A stretch of DNA of 64,000 bases from an uncultured virus (IMG/VR IMGVR_UViG_3300017528_000566) (IMGVR_UViG_3300017528_000566); one strand, 5' to 3'. Counted from the first letter of the stretch, positions 29,848 through 38,885 are shown. Made by a program: numbers and translations. The notes: generated by a model from the sequence alone, not told the origin.

Positions 29848-30786
29848 ATGACGCACTCTCATGAGAGGACGCTGCTGGCAAACCTTGGCTTCGGGGACAA
29901 GGACAAGCGAAACCCCCGGCATGACCTGGCATGTCAATACCTGGCTCAAGCCCCGGTGTTTGCCAAGCTCATGGCACCGTGCTTGGCACCTAAGTGTGAC
30001 GTGCAGAGCGCGACGATCAAACACGAGCACCACATCACCAAGGGGCAAGCGCATTACAAGACGACCATTGGTTTTGCCGACCTCTATACTAGGGACTGCC
30101 TGCTTACGAAGCGGGTCGCGGCCCCTGAGCGCATTCTTTGCCCGCCGTTTTTAGTGACGGAGGCACACGATGAGCCCACGGCGCCCTCCGGCATCATGGA
30201 TGCAGCTGCGTTGAACAGCTTCGCTCAAGGCCTCTTCGAGAGCATGGCGCGTGTAGTGCAACGCCAACGAGCCATAGAAAAGCGCCGGCAAGAGGCTTGG
30301 TTGGCATGGGAGGCGGCCACTGCTCGCGCCCCTATGACTGAGTTCTTGGTGTTCGCCAACATTTCGGTGCTGATCGAGGTCAAGATCGAGCGAGTCTCGG
30401 TTGGAGACATTTTGAGGCAGATGCGGCTCTATTCGGAGTACCTGGCAGAGGATCTGGGTCGTGTGGCTCGGGCCTATGCGATCCCTCCTGCGATCGCTGG
30501 TACCCCTCGTTACCTCGACTGTCCCCGGCCGACCGACGACTTTGGGTATGCCAATCCGGAGGTGTGCCGATGCTCGGCTGGGCACGGTTTGCGTCGCCAC
30601 CACTTTGGCGACCCCGACACCTGGGTGCAGAGCCACCAGATCGTGGTCACAGACTTCTCACTCACCAGCGATGAAGTTGAGACTTTGCGCTCGGCGGGTA
30701 TCGCGCATGCTCGGCTAGGGTCTGGCTTCGAGGCCTACCTGGCTTCCCAAGTAGTGAGCAGAGCTCATGAGTCCCCCCGGATTTAG
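29848..30786 (+). CDS. PD-(D/E)xK nuclease-like protein with insertions
   Basis: EHHI...GFADL...LIEVK...LRQMRLY. Confidence 0.6.
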   Translation: MTHSHERTLLANLGFGDKDKRNPRHDLACQYLAQAPVFAKLMAPCLAPKCDVQSATIKHEHHITKGQAHYKTTIGFADLYTRDCLLTKRVAAPERILCPPFLVTEAHDEPTAPSGIMDAAALNSFAQGLFESMARVVQRQRAIEKRRQEAWLAWEAATARAPMTEFLVFANISVLIEVKIERVSVGDILRQMRLYSEYLAEDLGRVARAYAIPPAIAGTPRYLDCPRPTDDFGYANPEVCRCSAGHGLRRHHFGDPDTWVQSHQIVVTDFSLTSDEVETLRSAGIAHARLGSGFEAYLASQVVSRAHESPRI

Positions 30787-30974
30787 GGCGATGGCCAAAC
30801 CCCAATCGACAAAACCACGGATCGACTGGCACTTGGTTGTCTCTTTGCTGATGATCGGGCTCGCGTTCGTGGTCGGTGTCTGGACCCAGGCATGGTTGCT
30901 GCCATGGCTCCGCGGCGACGTTTGAGAGGATCCCTTTAGGGTCAAAAAAGACTTTGTGTGGATGGCTTATCGAG

Positions 30975-33446
30975 ATGCCATCCACAAGAAACCCAGTCGC
31001 CGTAGTCCAACCCGGGCCAGGACGTTTGCCTGCCGGGACTGTATCGGCAACATCTCTGTCTTTTGATCCATCTAGTGGAGGTGGTTCTGCCTCTCTTGAG
31101 GCACACCTTACCGACCCGAGCGGCGCTCACGCTGCCTCAGCGATATCAACGCTGGCGCTCACTGGTGAGCGGTGGAGCATTGGCGCTGACGACGTTCAGG
31201 ACACGCTGAAGAAGAGCTACGACGGGCTCAACGCTCGCGCGTACTGGGTCTTGGATGCCAATTCAGCCAACCTCGATGCGGACTTCAGCGGCCCACAAGC
31301 GCTCGACAATGCTGTTGCAGCCTTCGCGACAAGTCCCCGCAAGCCAGCCCTCTACTTACGCGCCGGGGTGTATTCGTGGGCTAACCAACCAAGCACTGTT
31401 TTGGATCGCGTCCGGATCTTAGGCGCTGGCGCGGGGCTTCCGGCCCCGACCAACACCCCAGTAGTCCAGATCAATGCCGTCAGCAATATGTTGATTGGCT
31501 ATGGGACAGTGATTGAAGGCGTGACTGTGTTCGCGGGTACCATCAATCTGGCTGGTGGTTGGGCTACATTGCGACGCGTAAGCCTGAATGCGTCTGCTGC
31601 ATTCAACAACTCGTCTGCCAACAACGTGCTTGAGTCCGTGTTTGTGAATGTCACAGCGTCGCAGACGCTAACGCTGTCCGGCGCGAATTTTTCGTGCCTT
31701 GGCGAGACAACCCTTACCTGCGCTGGCGCATCCACGATTGTGCAGTCAGGCAACCGCGGCAGTTTTATCGGCGGCAAGTGGTCCGCGGCGACGATCTCTG
31801 TCACCGGCACCAACAACACGTTTGTCGGTGTTGAACTCGCCGGCACGCTGAATCAAGGCACCAACAACTTCTACCTAACCCCAACGTCTACTACTACGGG
31901 AAACGTTACGGTCAGCGGAGCCCTTCAAGTCAACGGCAACACCGGAATACAGGACAACCTAACTGTCGGCAGTGATGGGACAGGAACTCTTGTGGTCAAT
32001 GGGCCGATCTTCGCATCAGGCGCTTCGGGCAACATCTCTGCTGATGGCAACTTGACGGTTGGTAATGACGGCTCTGGCAACCTTCAAGTCAACGGTACGA
32101 TCAGCTCGACGGGAGACGTAACAGTCGGCAGCGATGGATCTGGGAACCTTATAGTCAACGGCACGATCAGCACCTTTGTGAACCCGCTGACTGTGAACAG
32201 CAGCCTGAACGTTAGAGACGATGTAACAGTCGGCAGCGACGGCACTGGCAACCTTCAAGTCAATGGCACCATCGGCTCGACCGGCGACGTAACAGTTGGA
32301 ACCGACGGATCGGGGAATCTCTCGGTCAATGGCACGACAACCGGCAACGTCGTGAGCTCGAGCACTCCGACATATCAGATAGCGCAGTCAGCGCACAATC
32401 ATCCGGGCGTTCCGGCCAATCGATGGAAGCTCATAAGCGACTGGACACTCAGTGACGGCATACACGTTCGGGACTTCAGCGGAGAGGGCCAGTTTGCCGG
32501 CGGTACCGGATCCACTTGGTGTCGCACGCATAATGCAAGCTGGAACCCTGCGACTCAACAGTGGAGCCGAGACAATAACGGGCAAGAAGCGAACATCCTT
32601 CAGTGCGAGTACGGCGAACTGAAATGGTATGGGCAGGCAGCGGGTAGCGGGGCTTGGTCAGATGACTCTGGCTGGAGCAGCCCGGCCCGCGGCAATCTCA
32701 TGGTGGGGGACACGGTTGCCGCTCGGAACGTGACATCGAGTGGCCCGATGACAGTTGGGAACGGTCTGACTGTCAGCAGTGGTGGGATCACTCTCAACGG
32801 TACTGGTACGACCTCTTTAGGCGGGAACCTCGACGTCAATGGTAATGCCGACGTTTTGGGCGGCGACCTGCGTGTCCTAAACAGTCACAACTTCTCCGCC
32901 AATCAGATTACTGGAAACGCCTATAAGCTTGCCGGGGCTGCGACGGGCGTCGATCGTACAGGCTCCGTAGCCCAGAGGACGCATTGGCAAACGATTGACT
33001 TTGGTAACTGGGTACCAGGCATACCAGTCGCCTCAGCGATCGTCATGGACCACACTACCGGTGGTCTTGCGGCCAATACCTTCATCACTGCAGGCTCGGA
33101 TTTTTTCATTCGCATCCCGATGCGCTTTGTGAGTGGAACGCAGATCACGAGAATTCAGGCTTTTCACAAGAACACGGGGAGCACCCCCAATCAGTTCTCA
33201 CTTGTTAGAGTTGCAAGAAACTGGAGTTCCGGCGGGTCATCGATGACTAAGCCTATTAACGCGACATCCAGCGTTGCAGCGGGCACCGGGACGCTGGAGA
33301 TATTCGACGTCTTGCCTCTATACTCTCCGGCCACCATCAATAACGATTCAGATGCCTGGTACATTGAGATCAATCTGCAGGTAGCGGGTTCCTGGATTGA
33401 TGGTTTGCGTGTGGAGATTGTTGACCCCGGGCCGCGCAACGTCTAA
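30975..33446 (+). CDS. tail-fibre/adhesin-like structural protein
   Basis: AHLTDPSGAHAASAI motif, G/T/N/S-rich beta-helix composition, five internal (G/D)xxTVGxDG(S/T)GxLxVNG repeats. Confidence 0.75.
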   Translation: MPSTRNPVAVVQPGPGRLPAGTVSATSLSFDPSSGGGSASLEAHLTDPSGAHAASAISTLALTGERWSIGADDVQDTLKKSYDGLNARAYWVLDANSANLDADFSGPQALDNAVAAFATSPRKPALYLRAGVYSWANQPSTVLDRVRILGAGAGLPAPTNTPVVQINAVSNMLIGYGTVIEGVTVFAGTINLAGGWATLRRVSLNASAAFNNSSANNVLESVFVNVTASQTLTLSGANFSCLGETTLTCAGASTIVQSGNRGSFIGGKWSAATISVTGTNNTFVGVELAGTLNQGTNNFYLTPTSTTTGNVTVSGALQVNGNTGIQDNLTVGSDGTGTLVVNGPIFASGASGNISADGNLTVGNDGSGNLQVNGTISSTGDVTVGSDGSGNLIVNGTISTFVNPLTVNSSLNVRDDVTVGSDGTGNLQVNGTIGSTGDVTVGTDGSGNLSVNGTTTGNVVSSSTPTYQIAQSAHNHPGVPANRWKLISDWTLSDGIHVRDFSGEGQFAGGTGSTWCRTHNASWNPATQQWSRDNNGQEANILQCEYGELKWYGQAAGSGAWSDDSGWSSPARGNLMVGDTVAARNVTSSGPMTVGNGLTVSSGGITLNGTGTTSLGGNLDVNGNADVLGGDLRVLNSHNFSANQITGNAYKLAGAATGVDRTGSVAQRTHWQTIDFGNWVPGIPVASAIVMDHTTGGLAANTFITAGSDFFIRIPMRFVSGTQITRIQAFHKNTGSTPNQFSLVRVARNWSSGGSSMTKPINATSSVAAGTGTLEIFDVLPLYSPATINNDSDAWYIEINLQVAGSWIDGLRVEIVDPGPRNV

Positions 33447-33470
33447 CCGCTTCAGGTGTAGCTAGGCTCC

Positions 33471-33899
33471 ATGCCGCCCCGCGCGATCCTCTACAGCCAG
33501 TCCAAGGGCTTCTCTGACTACCGGGTGCCCAAGCTTCTCCAGGTGCCCGAGGGTGTAGAGCTCAAGGCCTTTGGTTATCTGCGGCTGTGGCGTCACCATG
33601 ATTTTGGCACAGGGGCGCAGCAGGTGACCGCCTATGACTTTCGTAAGCCGTTGGCTTCTCAGTTTCCCCGTTATCTGGTCGCCGTCGAGATAGGGGACAA
33701 CTTCCGAGAGACGATCTACTGCCGGTCACGGGCAGACCTGATGGCTCTGTATCTAGCGTTTACCCCTACGGCCGCGATCAGCCAGAACCTCGCGCTCATT
33801 GAGGGCACCTTCAGACGTGCCTTTGAAGCGTGGCACCGCCACTCGCCCTATGTCTCGTGCGTGGTCTGCGATCCGGGTGCGATACTTGCGAAAGGGTAA
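33471..33899 (+). CDS. hypothetical protein, paralog of 18915-19385
   Basis: FPRYLV...IYC...AFEAWHRH...CVVCDP; GGTGTA motif 10 nt upstream. Confidence 0.75.
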   Translation: MPPRAILYSQSKGFSDYRVPKLLQVPEGVELKAFGYLRLWRHHDFGTGAQQVTAYDFRKPLASQFPRYLVAVEIGDNFRETIYCRSRADLMALYLAFTPTAAISQNLALIEGTFRRAFEAWHRHSPYVSCVVCDPGAILAKG

Positions 33900-33999
33900 A
33901 CAACCCGTCGCTTTTCGTCGGTAATGAGCTCGGCTCAAATTGATACCGCCCCCCTTGGGCACAGGGGCTGCTCCTAATGCCCAAGGGGGCGAAGACCCC

Positions 34000-34551
34000 T
34001 CACGAAGGCTTTGTGGTATTCGCCTTTGCCGCAATGATTTGGACCATGCCGAGTACCTCTGGTGGCAGGGTTGCTCGTTCGGCAGGCGTGGCCGGGCGTG
34101 GTGTCAGGGTGGTGTCAAAGCGCAGAACCGCGGCACAGTGCCCGCAAACGCAAAACTCCCGGGCGCGTGGCTTTGCCACGTCCAGTGTTCCTCTCGAGTT
34201 GAGGTTTGCGCCACATTGAGGACATGGGATCGCCGTTACAGCCTTCTTAGGGTGAGATTCTCCGCTGATAGCGCGCTTGAGCCCGAACACGATCTCGAGG
34301 CAAACCTCTGCCTGCGCAACTGTGCCTTCGCCATTGGTTGCAGCGTCCATCGTACGGAGTAATTCGCGTGTCTTGTGGCTGCCCCCTACGCGCCGGATCA
34401 GTTCAGGGACGAGCCCAGCGAGCACAGAAGTACCCCCTGGATACCCGAGTGGGTGAAACACGAGCTCGGTGCCCGGGTTGTCCGCACGCCATGCCTTGGC
34501 TGCAGCAAGCATCCGCTGGGCGTCGCGCTCGTAGCTTTCGGGGGTGACCAT
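34000..34551 (-). CDS. hypothetical protein with zinc ribbon
   Basis: CPQCG...CVCGHC. Confidence 0.7.
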   Translation of the reverse strand: MVTPESYERDAQRMLAAAKAWRADNPGTELVFHPLGYPGGTSVLAGLVPELIRRVGGSHKTRELLRTMDAATNGEGTVAQAEVCLEIVFGLKRAISGESHPKKAVTAIPCPQCGANLNSRGTLDVAKPRAREFCVCGHCAAVLRFDTTLTPRPATPAERATLPPEVLGMVQIIAAKANTTKPS

Positions 34552-34577
34552 TGTGCTCGTTTCCCTAGGTTGCTCGA

Positions 34578-35414
34578 CTAATGGGCAGCACTATGCGCCG
34601 CCGCGCTTATGATGCCATTGGCTTGGCTGCTGGCACCATTACCATTGATCGCTCGCGGCTCCCCGTGCGGAGCATCGGCGCCGAACCGAACTTTGTACGT
34701 GTCGATCGCTTTGTAGATCTTGCCCTTCCCGCACTTGTACCGGCGCATGAGTTTGGCAACATTGAGCTTCCCTTCTAGATATGCGTGAACCTCAGCATCG
34801 GAGGGGCCAGGCTTGGGTGCTCGGGCACCTGCTCCTGCCACGGCTGTTTTGGATTGGGCTTTGCCCTTGCTCGCTTCCAAGGCAGCCATTGCGACTCCCT
34901 TGGTCTTGTCGACGCGCAGCACATCCCGATCGTGATCCCACGCGGGCTTGCCTTTGACAATGTAGCCGATGCCCTTCTGCCAACGCCGGCCGTCATCAGG
35001 CATGCCAATGATGTCTTGGACTCGGCGGCGCAGCACTGACGTTGCAATACCCAGCTTCTCGCAGAGCTGGTGGGGAGCTACGTCACCACGGATGTTCTTC
35101 AGCACTTGCGATACGGGCACGTCCTTCCAGGTGCTGTTGCGCTTGCCTTTGAACGGGTCTGCCGCTGTTGCGGTTACCGCTGGGGATGGCTTAGTGCCAT
35201 CGGGCTTGGCCTTGGATTTGGGCTTAGGCTTGGCCTCGACTATCTCGATACCAGGCTGCGATATGATGACATCGTTGGTACTACTCAGTGCACGTAGTTT
35301 GTCTCGTGCCAGCTTTGCAGCTAGCTGAGTGCGTTCTACTTCAAGCGCCGCCGCCACAATAGGTCGGCAGTGGCCACATAACAGGGCATCGATTTGAGGG
35401 TCCATGCCGCGCAA
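34578..35414 (-). CDS. basic protein with two HTH-like segments
   Basis: PHQLCEKLGIATSVLRRR; NVAKLMRRYKCGKGKIYKAI. Confidence 0.65.
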   Translation of the reverse strand: MRGMDPQIDALLCGHCRPIVAAALEVERTQLAAKLARDKLRALSSTNDVIISQPGIEIVEAKPKPKSKAKPDGTKPSPAVTATAADPFKGKRNSTWKDVPVSQVLKNIRGDVAPHQLCEKLGIATSVLRRRVQDIIGMPDDGRRWQKGIGYIVKGKPAWDHDRDVLRVDKTKGVAMAALEASKGKAQSKTAVAGAGARAPKPGPSDAEVHAYLEGKLNVAKLMRRYKCGKGKIYKAIDTYKVRFGADAPHGEPRAINGNGASSQANGIISAAAHSAAH

Positions 35415-35438
35415 GATACTCCGCAGGCAGGCGGGGAG

Positions 35439-35454
35439 ACAAGACTAGTCTTGT
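35439..35454. promoter_or_regulatory. perfect 16-bp palindrome ACAAGACTAGTCTTGT
   Basis: Read directly; lies between the distal end of the array and the start of the 35414 gene. Confidence 0.6.
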
Positions 35455-35591
35455 TCTCCAGTCAACGACCTGTTCATCAATTCCTAGTCGCGTCCTAGTC
35501 ATAAGCGGCACATTTTAGCTTCCGCGCACTAGGGGTAGTCTAATCGCTGTAGGATGACCTAGGCAGAAGGATACAATGGGGCACGCTAACA

Positions 35592-36640
35592 GTCTCTACG
35601 TCTATACCTTTTGCAAAGGAGTAGAGCATCCATGCCGCCCGAGCATCACTTCAGTCATGCGTTCAGCTGTGTCGCGGCCACAAAAAGAGCCAGGCAACCC
35701 TGCAATGCTACACAGTCGCTGCAGCGAGAGAGCGGCGCAGTCATTTCGGCGATCTGAAGACCCACGGAGTCTCAGCTGCGAAAGCGATGAGCAACCGACG
35801 CAGCGCAACTTCTACGTGTCTCAACTTCCAAGGGAGCCGGAAACCGAGTCGGTGTCCCAGCGTTATCTAAAGCCTTGTAGGAGCCGAGCATCCATTCACG
35901 ATCGCTTGCGGGAGTCGTCGACCACCGCGTTGTGGTCTTAGCCCCCAAGGCCCTAAGCAGCTTATTCAGGGACGCTTTTCCAGGTGTCGGTCATGTCGTC
36001 TCAGTGACATCCCGAGGATTCTGAGCATCCCAGCCGCAAATCACTATGTCTGCGTGTGCTGCCAATCCATGTCGCTGCGCTTGCGCTGTGGATGACCTGT
36101 CTCAGCCGCGAAGGCCTCGGAGCATCCATTTTCGTCACAAGCTCCGCAGAAAGTTCTGAGCGTCTATCGACGGTGCCCCCAGTCCATGTCGCCGTTGTCG
36201 GCGCGCTGGAGCTTCGCTACGCGCCTATTCGGCCTCGTAGCAGCCGTCTCCATGCGGGCAGGTCCCAGTCCTGCGCTCGAAGGCTTTGAGCGGTCTTCCG
36301 TGCACCTGCTTGTCTCAGCGCGTTTCCCGCGTTCGCGGGTCTCAGCGTCAAAGGATCTGAGCACTCCTCCACTCACGGCTCCGCTGACATGGGGCGCTCG
36401 AATACGTCTCGGCGTCGGGTCAGTGTCGTCTCACCCTATTTCCACCGTTGACTGAGCGTCTATTCTGACGATGCCGGCGCAAATAGCGTGCCTACATCAG
36501 GGTACCGCGATCGAAGGCGCGGAGCATCCATTCCCAGTGTGCAGAGGTTCCAGTCCATGTCTCAGCTCCTAAGAATCTGAGCACCCATGCTGGCAGCCCA
36601 TGAGGCACACCGGTCACGATTCTAAACGTCGTAGTGCAGC
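35592..36640 (-). CRISPR. degenerate, hairpin-conserved CRISPR-like array
   Basis: On + strand, units GT-stem-loop-stem-CAYCC(ATT): clearest at 35715, 35769, 35935, 35998, 36099, 36339, 36502, 36559; weaker at 35592, 35671, 35818, 35865, 36134, 36188, 36268, 36428, 36613; unique intervening sequence; directly downstream of the cas12-like gene; no long ORF. Confidence 0.7.
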
Positions 36641-36776
36641 ACTGAGAGGCGATGCCGCTTTGGCGCATCGATCCCCTGGTCTGTGGTGAGCCCGATCTAG
36701 CGGGGTATCTCCGGCAGAGCCGCCTACGCATTCAATTGTCAGATAGCTTGGCCGAGCTCCATCGCACCGGCCACTG

Positions 36777-38810
36777 TCACTCAGCAGCTTCATCCTCCAA
36801 CGTCATCGCTAGCACGTTGAGCGCCGTGTTCTCATCTTGGTCAAAAAGCACCCCGCAGTGAGCACACTTGATGTAGATGGCCTGAGCTCGGTCAGCCTTG
36901 TGGGTGTGCCCGCACGCGTGATGAACCTCGCTGATTCCCCGCTCACTCTGCAGCACCATCGGGGTCTTTACAATCTCCACACCGGCGTTTCTCGCTGCCA
37001 GCTTGAGTGCCGCCATCAACTCGCCTTGTGCCGCCGTGTTGAAGTTCACGCGGTGGGCACGCTCAAGGTCGGACTCACCCTGTTCTGGTTTCGCTTTGTG
37101 CTTCTGCTCCGCGAAGTTTTGCGATGGCACTCGGATCGTCGCGTATTGCTGACACACCTCATGGGCTTCGCGTCGATAGCGGTCCTTGCGTCGACCATAC
37201 GCTTTGTGCCGAACGCCGGCTTCGTGCTGGCGCCCGTGGCGATCTTCCTGTGCCCACTTGTACAGCTCGCCGTAAATCTCCGCATCCCCCTCGAAGCGGT
37301 TTGCGCGCCAATGCGAGACGAGACTGTTGAGGCGCTCGATTGACTTCCATTGGCTTATCGTGCTGCGCGCAGAACGCTCACGTAGCCAGCTTGGCGTGAG
37401 GTCTTGGTGTTCACGTAGCCAACTCACGAGCTGGCCACGTACGGCTTCCAAGCCGGCACGCTGGTCTATTTGCTGGCTCCATCGGACGAGCACCTCGTAG
37501 ATCTCTTGGTCACCCCTGAAGCGGTTTCGTTGCTTTGCCCAGCGCTCGACCAGCTGTTCAAGGCGCCGGACGCTTGTGCTCTCCGCCAACGACTCTGAAG
37601 AAGTGCGAGTCAAGAGCCACTTGGGCGCATGGTCTTGATGATCACGTAGCCAGATCCGGAGCTGTTCTTTAGCGACGTTAAACCCGCGGTCCCGTTTGCC
37701 GTGTCGACCGTCCGCCCAGTCGAGCGAATCCTGGATCCCTTCACACGTAATTTGTCGCGAGCCCCCGTCGGTACCCACAAGGTATGCGACCCGCAAGACA
37801 TCTCCACCGGGGAGCTTCCGGAACCCAAAATTGATCGCAGCGATGTGCCCGTGGATTTTGAGCGGAACGTCAAAGCTTTTGTGCTCTAGCGAAAACCCGC
37901 AATCCCAGACCCGCTGGTCATCAGGGTGGCCCCATTGCCCCTTTGCCTCATGCTTACTGCGCCGGACCCATATCCACTTGATCTGCGCCCCGGGCGGCAG
38001 GGGGCGATGATATTTTAGTGGGAACTTCGCCCACACTGGCTGACGTCCCCCCTCCTTGGTCCCGACGCGTAACCACAGTTTGGCTTCGGTTGGATCTTTG
38101 GACGGGAACAGGAGCCGAGCTCGCGTGTCGGAACAAGCCAACAACGCCTCGGTGGTTAAGCCCTTGGATTGGTTAGCGGCACTGCTCTGGATCTGAACCG
38201 CCAACGATCCGGTGCGCTCATACCTCCGGAACTCTGGGGGCGCGCCTCTCCCGGCGTCCTTCAGGGAGTCCTCTACTCGAAGGTACGTGCCCCAAAAGGG
38301 GGCGTCTTCAGATTTGCGGGCCGCTCGGTTGGCTTCATAGGACCACTCTTGAGCGGCCTCTATGGCGGGCGATCTAGTTTGTCTATACTTAGCGTTAGCT
38401 AGCTCTTCTCTCAACCCGAAACCCGGACCACGCTCGGAGGTCTTGCGTCCAAGGAGTTGCTTGATCTGTTCGATGCGTTTCCGCTTTAGCGGATCAACAG
38501 GAACTCGAGCCCGTTGAGTCTGTCGGGGAGTCTTGATGGCCTCCCGCAGCGCTTCCATCTCTTGAGCTAGCTGCTCAATATTCTCGGTGAGCGCCGCTAC
38601 TTCGGGGAATTGCACGATCGCTTCATTGTAGCGCCGCCGTCGCGCTCGCTCGATTTCGACCAAGCGATTGCGGTAACGGTGCGCCAACAGCAGTTGGTCC
38701 TCAACTTGATCGCGTCCCTCGATCTCTACCTGGTGACTGAAAATCCCATATTTGTAAACTTTACTCGGGATTGCACTAGTCTTGCGTGCTCGGCTCTTCT
38801 TAGCTGCCAT
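36777..38810 (-). CDS. cas12m: Cas12m/type V-U1-like RNA-guided DNA-binding protein, RuvC predicted inactive
   Basis: VYKYG...LAHRYRNRLVEIER, FWGTY, GSLAVQIQ, FPLKYHRPLP, RuvC-I AINFGFR, QWKS.ERL, RHKAYGRRKDRYR, Zn finger HHACGH...CAHCG, RuvC-III FDQDENTA; motif order matches Cas12m as recalled. Confidence 0.82.
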   Translation of the reverse strand: MAAKKSRARKTSAIPSKVYKYGIFSHQVEIEGRDQVEDQLLLAHRYRNRLVEIERARRRRYNEAIVQFPEVAALTENIEQLAQEMEALREAIKTPRQTQRARVPVDPLKRKRIEQIKQLLGRKTSERGPGFGLREELANAKYRQTRSPAIEAAQEWSYEANRAARKSEDAPFWGTYLRVEDSLKDAGRGAPPEFRRYERTGSLAVQIQSSAANQSKGLTTEALLACSDTRARLLFPSKDPTEAKLWLRVGTKEGGRQPVWAKFPLKYHRPLPPGAQIKWIWVRRSKHEAKGQWGHPDDQRVWDCGFSLEHKSFDVPLKIHGHIAAINFGFRKLPGGDVLRVAYLVGTDGGSRQITCEGIQDSLDWADGRHGKRDRGFNVAKEQLRIWLRDHQDHAPKWLLTRTSSESLAESTSVRRLEQLVERWAKQRNRFRGDQEIYEVLVRWSQQIDQRAGLEAVRGQLVSWLREHQDLTPSWLRERSARSTISQWKSIERLNSLVSHWRANRFEGDAEIYGELYKWAQEDRHGRQHEAGVRHKAYGRRKDRYRREAHEVCQQYATIRVPSQNFAEQKHKAKPEQGESDLERAHRVNFNTAAQGELMAALKLAARNAGVEIVKTPMVLQSERGISEVHHACGHTHKADRAQAIYIKCAHCGVLFDQDENTALNVLAMTLEDEAAE

Positions 38811-38885
38811 CGGCCACTTCTCCGTTCGTCACCTACGGATGGGCTACCAGGCCGACGTTGCACTATGCGCTCGCCAATTTCAACA

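Noticed and set aside
35592..36640. Canonical CRISPR array or TIGR-type dual-repeat array
   Set aside because: Repeats are not identical and spacing is irregular; no fixed ~36-nt period and no Nop-domain gene
35592..36640. Self-targeting spacers within this window
   Set aside because: No convincing match found by eye; needs a computational search, so no target is claimed
35576..36861. Short ORFs overlapping the array
   Set aside because: Repeats fall in different frames and translations are low-complexity S/R/A-rich; likely spurious
36777..38810. IS200/IS605 TnpB transposon
   Set aside because: At 677 aa it is much longer than typical TnpB; no tnpA or recognisable IS ends; motifs fit Cas12m and a repeat array follows
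38860..38878. sigma54 -24/-12 promoter upstream of cas12m (TTGGCG...TGCA on minus strand)
   Set aside because: GG-to-GC spacing is 12 nt rather than the required 10
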